NCBI RefSeq assembly: GCF_006345805.1
Contig: NW_021826592.1
Location: 1-12,468 of the forward strand
Length of the DNA: 12,468 bases
Direction of reading: 5' to 3'
Source: Octopus sinensis
Taxonomy: Eukaryota
Shown: in pieces, positions 9,716 to 12,468 of the stretch
How positions within the stretch are numbered: the stretch's first letter is position 1
Layout of the letters: each line of letters begins with the position of its first letter
Notes under the pieces: generated by a model
Seen by the model: the letters and a program-made list of their open reading frames with translations, nothing else
Databases searched by the model: none
What the model was told of the DNA's origin: nothing
Position numbers and translations under genes: made by a program

Positions 9716-9757
9716 AAATTATTACTCAGAGTTTCACGTAAACGATCATCAGAATGT
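9716..9757 (-). ncRNA. Minimal hammerhead motif, minus strand
   Basis: The minus strand reads acatt-CTGATGA-tcgtttacgt-GAAAC-tctga-GTA. The core is canonical but stem I pairing is poor. Confidence 0.6.
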
Positions 9758-9776
9758 TGCGAGTTATTAGAACAGT

Positions 9777-9821
9777 CACGACTGTCTGATGATCGGTTAC
9801 GTGAAACTGTGTAAGAGTGTG
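9777..9821 (+). ncRNA. Minimal hammerhead motif, plus strand
   Basis: actgt-CTGATGA(9786-9792)-tcggttacgt-GAAAC(9803-9807)-tgt-GTA-agagt. Stem I actgt/agagt has one mismatch and is extendable by cac/gtg. Stem II is weak. Confidence 0.65.
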
Positions 9822-9923
9822 TCAAGTCTTTTCAGCTTCAACAAAATAATATTTTATTCTATTTTTGGTATTCCAGTAAAGTTGTTCTTCACTTTTTTGC
9901 CCATGTGTGCTCACATTCGTTTT

Positions 9924-10180
9924 ACATACATACATGCATACATACATGCATGCATACATACATACATACATACATACATAAATACATACATACAGACAGA
10001 CATAATATATAATAAAATATAATATATACATATGTATATATATAGACATATATATATATATATATAATATACCATATAACATATATATAGATATAATATA
10101 TATATGTCGAATGTAGTATTCTATCTATCTATTTATCTATAAACATATAAAATATTATACACTTGACACACTCTTACACA

Positions 10181-10253
<73 letters not shown>

Positions 10254-10335
10254 ATAAGATATTATATATATATATAATATATATATATGTATATATATAA
10301 TATATATATAATAATGTATATATATATATACTATC

Positions 10336-10388
<53 letters not shown>

Positions 10389-10390
10389 TC

Positions 10391-10424
<34 letters not shown>

Positions 10425-10435
10425 ATATGTATATA
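9924..10435. repeat. (ACAT)n and long imperfect (TA)n microsatellite
   Basis: Seen directly in the sequence. Confidence 0.95.
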
Positions 10436-10549
10436 TGCTGTTGGTAAGGGCATTTGAATTATAACGTCGGATGTAATCAATTGAACCACACGTGTATTTA
10501 TCGTTATGGTAAAATCTGGCGTGTGATTGAGTGGATTTCATCCAGATAG

Positions 10550-10628
10550 TTTTGGCTGAGGAGCTACAAGTGGGTTTTTTGTAATTAAAATTACATTTAA
10601 TCATTAATAGCGAAACAATTGTCCAAAA
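10550..10628 (+). ncRNA. Type I hammerhead motif with canonical core, palindromic stem III and extended loop II
   Basis: ttttgg-CTGAGGA(10556-10562)-gcta...tagc(10608-10611)-GAAAC-aatt-GTC(10621-10623)-caaaa. acaattgt is a perfect palindrome. Confidence 0.75.
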
Positions 10629-10785
10629 ATAATCTGTATTTTTGTTATTTTTTATTTGCCCTGTTCGTGTGAGCTAACAATCGTACTGACTTTCATAGGA
10701 AACATGTATTTTTGTGGTTGAAACCTTTTGGATTTTCTAGTGCTAGAATGAGCCACATAGTGACCATTCTCTTATATTTATTTTT

Positions 10786-10786
10786 A

Positions 10787-10826
<40 letters not shown>

Positions 10827-11032
10827 TACATACATATATATACATATATGTACATATATATATACACATATACATATAAATAGATAATTAGATATATAGA
10901 GATAGATAGACAGACAGACAGACAGATAGATAGATAGATAGATATAGAAGTACATGAGAGAGTAAAGAGAGAAGGAGAGAGAGAGGTGGGGAGAGAGAGA
11001 GACTGACCTACAGGCAGACAGACTGACAGACA
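10786..11032. repeat. Compound (TA)n/(GATA)n/(GACA)n/(GA)n microsatellite
   Basis: Seen directly in the sequence. Confidence 0.93.
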
Positions 11033-11184
11033 CAGGGAAACACATGGGCAATAACCGATAAAGGGTTAATGCAGACAGCAGATGATTTGTAAGTGAATTA
11101 GTTCTATTTTCAGGTTAGTGATTGTTGTTATATAATGATCGGGTTTGTCTGAGGAAATCATCGATGATTGCTCATCGCATTTCC

Positions 11185-12060
11185 TACAACCTCACCACTA
11201 CAACTACCACCACTACAACCACCACCACCACCACCACCACTACCAACAACAACAACAACAACACTCTATGAATAATAACAACAGCAACACGATTATCTCC
11301 ACTACCATCACAACCCCTGACACTGAGACCCCTGCCATCTCTACTGATCACACCAGCAGAGCTCCTAATGCCACCACCACACCACCACCACCACCACCAC
11401 CACGACACCACCACTACTGCCACCACCAGCACCACCAGCACCATCAGCACCACCACTAACACCACCACCAACACCACCACCACCCCACCACCACCATCAC
11501 CATCATCATCATTACGACCACCACTAACACAGCTACTATCGAAACTATAATTGCCACCACCACCACCACAACCACCACCAGCTACCGCACCACCATTAAC
11601 ACCACCACCACCACCATCACCAGCGTCATCATTACGACCACCACTAACACAGCTACTATCGAAACTATAATTGCCACCACCATCACCACAACCACCACCA
11701 ACTACCACCAACTACCACATCACCATTAACATCAACACCACCACCACCACCACCACCACCACTGCTATTCCCCATAATATACCAGAATCACCCATCACCT
11801 ACAACATTGCCATTAACACCACTACTACCACCACCTCCACTACCATTACCTACAACATCGTCATTAACACCAGCTTCATCACCACTACCACCACCAGCTC
11901 CCCCACAACCACTATTACCACCATTATTAGACTCCATACTCCCACCGCCACCACAACCACCACCACCACCACCACCACTACCACCTCTGCCATCATCAAC
12001 TTTACCGACATCATTATCAGCCTCCATGGTACCATTCCTACCACCAATGCCATCGTAATT
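11185..12060. repeat. Degenerate (CAC/CAT/TAC/AAC)n trinucleotide low-complexity tract with an internal 120-bp-period duplication
   Basis: Seen directly in the sequence. 11485-11586 is nearly identical to 11605-11706. Confidence 0.9.
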
Positions 12061-12215
12061 ACACATTGGATGTCTAACCACTTCGTTCTGGCAATACCAG
12101 AATTTAAGATAAAGTTAATAAAAACACATCACCGACTCTGTCAGGTGCCATCGCCGTCCTCACCTAATCACCTGCCCATCATCTCACCTTTTTAACGCCT
12201 TCACCACGGCAGTAA

Positions 12216-12468
12216 GTAGTAGTAGTAGTAGTAGTTGTAGTGGTGGTGGTGGTGGTGGTGGTGGTAGTGGTGGTGGTGGTGGTGGTGGTGTTGGTGGTGA
12301 TGGTGGTGGAGATAGTGTTGGTGGTGGTGTGGTGATGGTGGTGGAGATAGTGGTGGTGGTGGTGGTGGAGGTAGTGGTGGTGGTGGTGGTTGTGATGGTT
12401 GTGGTGGTGATGGTGGTGGTAGTGGTGGTGGTGGTTTTCGTATTATTATTATTATTATCATTATTATT
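12216..12468. repeat. (TAG)n-(TGG)n-(TAT)n trinucleotide microsatellite
   Basis: Seen directly in the sequence. Confidence 0.95.

Noticed and set aside
11148-11172. ctgagga followed by the 14-bp palindrome aatcatcgatgatt as a hammerhead
   Set aside because: The stem is followed by gctc rather than GAAA, so the core is incomplete.
11145-12461. His-, Thr-, Pro-, Val- and Gly-rich ORFs as mucin-like or extensin-like proteins
   Set aside because: They are open in several frames on both strands because the trinucleotide repeats lack stops, and there is no splice or domain evidence.

Overview
Repeat-rich eukaryotic DNA with no recognisable host gene. The microsatellite load suggests an invertebrate, possibly a mollusc, but this is an unverified impression. 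A full-length L1/Tx1-clade non-LTR retrotransposon (308-5821, + strand) dominates the window. It has a zinc-knuckle ORF1, an APE-RT-CCHC ORF2, both broken by frameshifts, and a perfect 18-bp target-site duplication. It sits inside a ~356-bp hairpin-rich repeat unit, a few bases upstream of a minimal type I hammerhead ribozyme (HHR) motif. An inverted copy of that unit at 1-98 preserves the empty target site. Downstream are a ~780-800-bp tandem repeat and microsatellite-bounded islands carrying four more minimal HHR motifs of the kind described for Penelope-like elements (PLEs) and retrozymes, including a divergent inverted pair. The window ends in (CAC)n/(TGG)n low-complexity sequence. All calls were made by eye.
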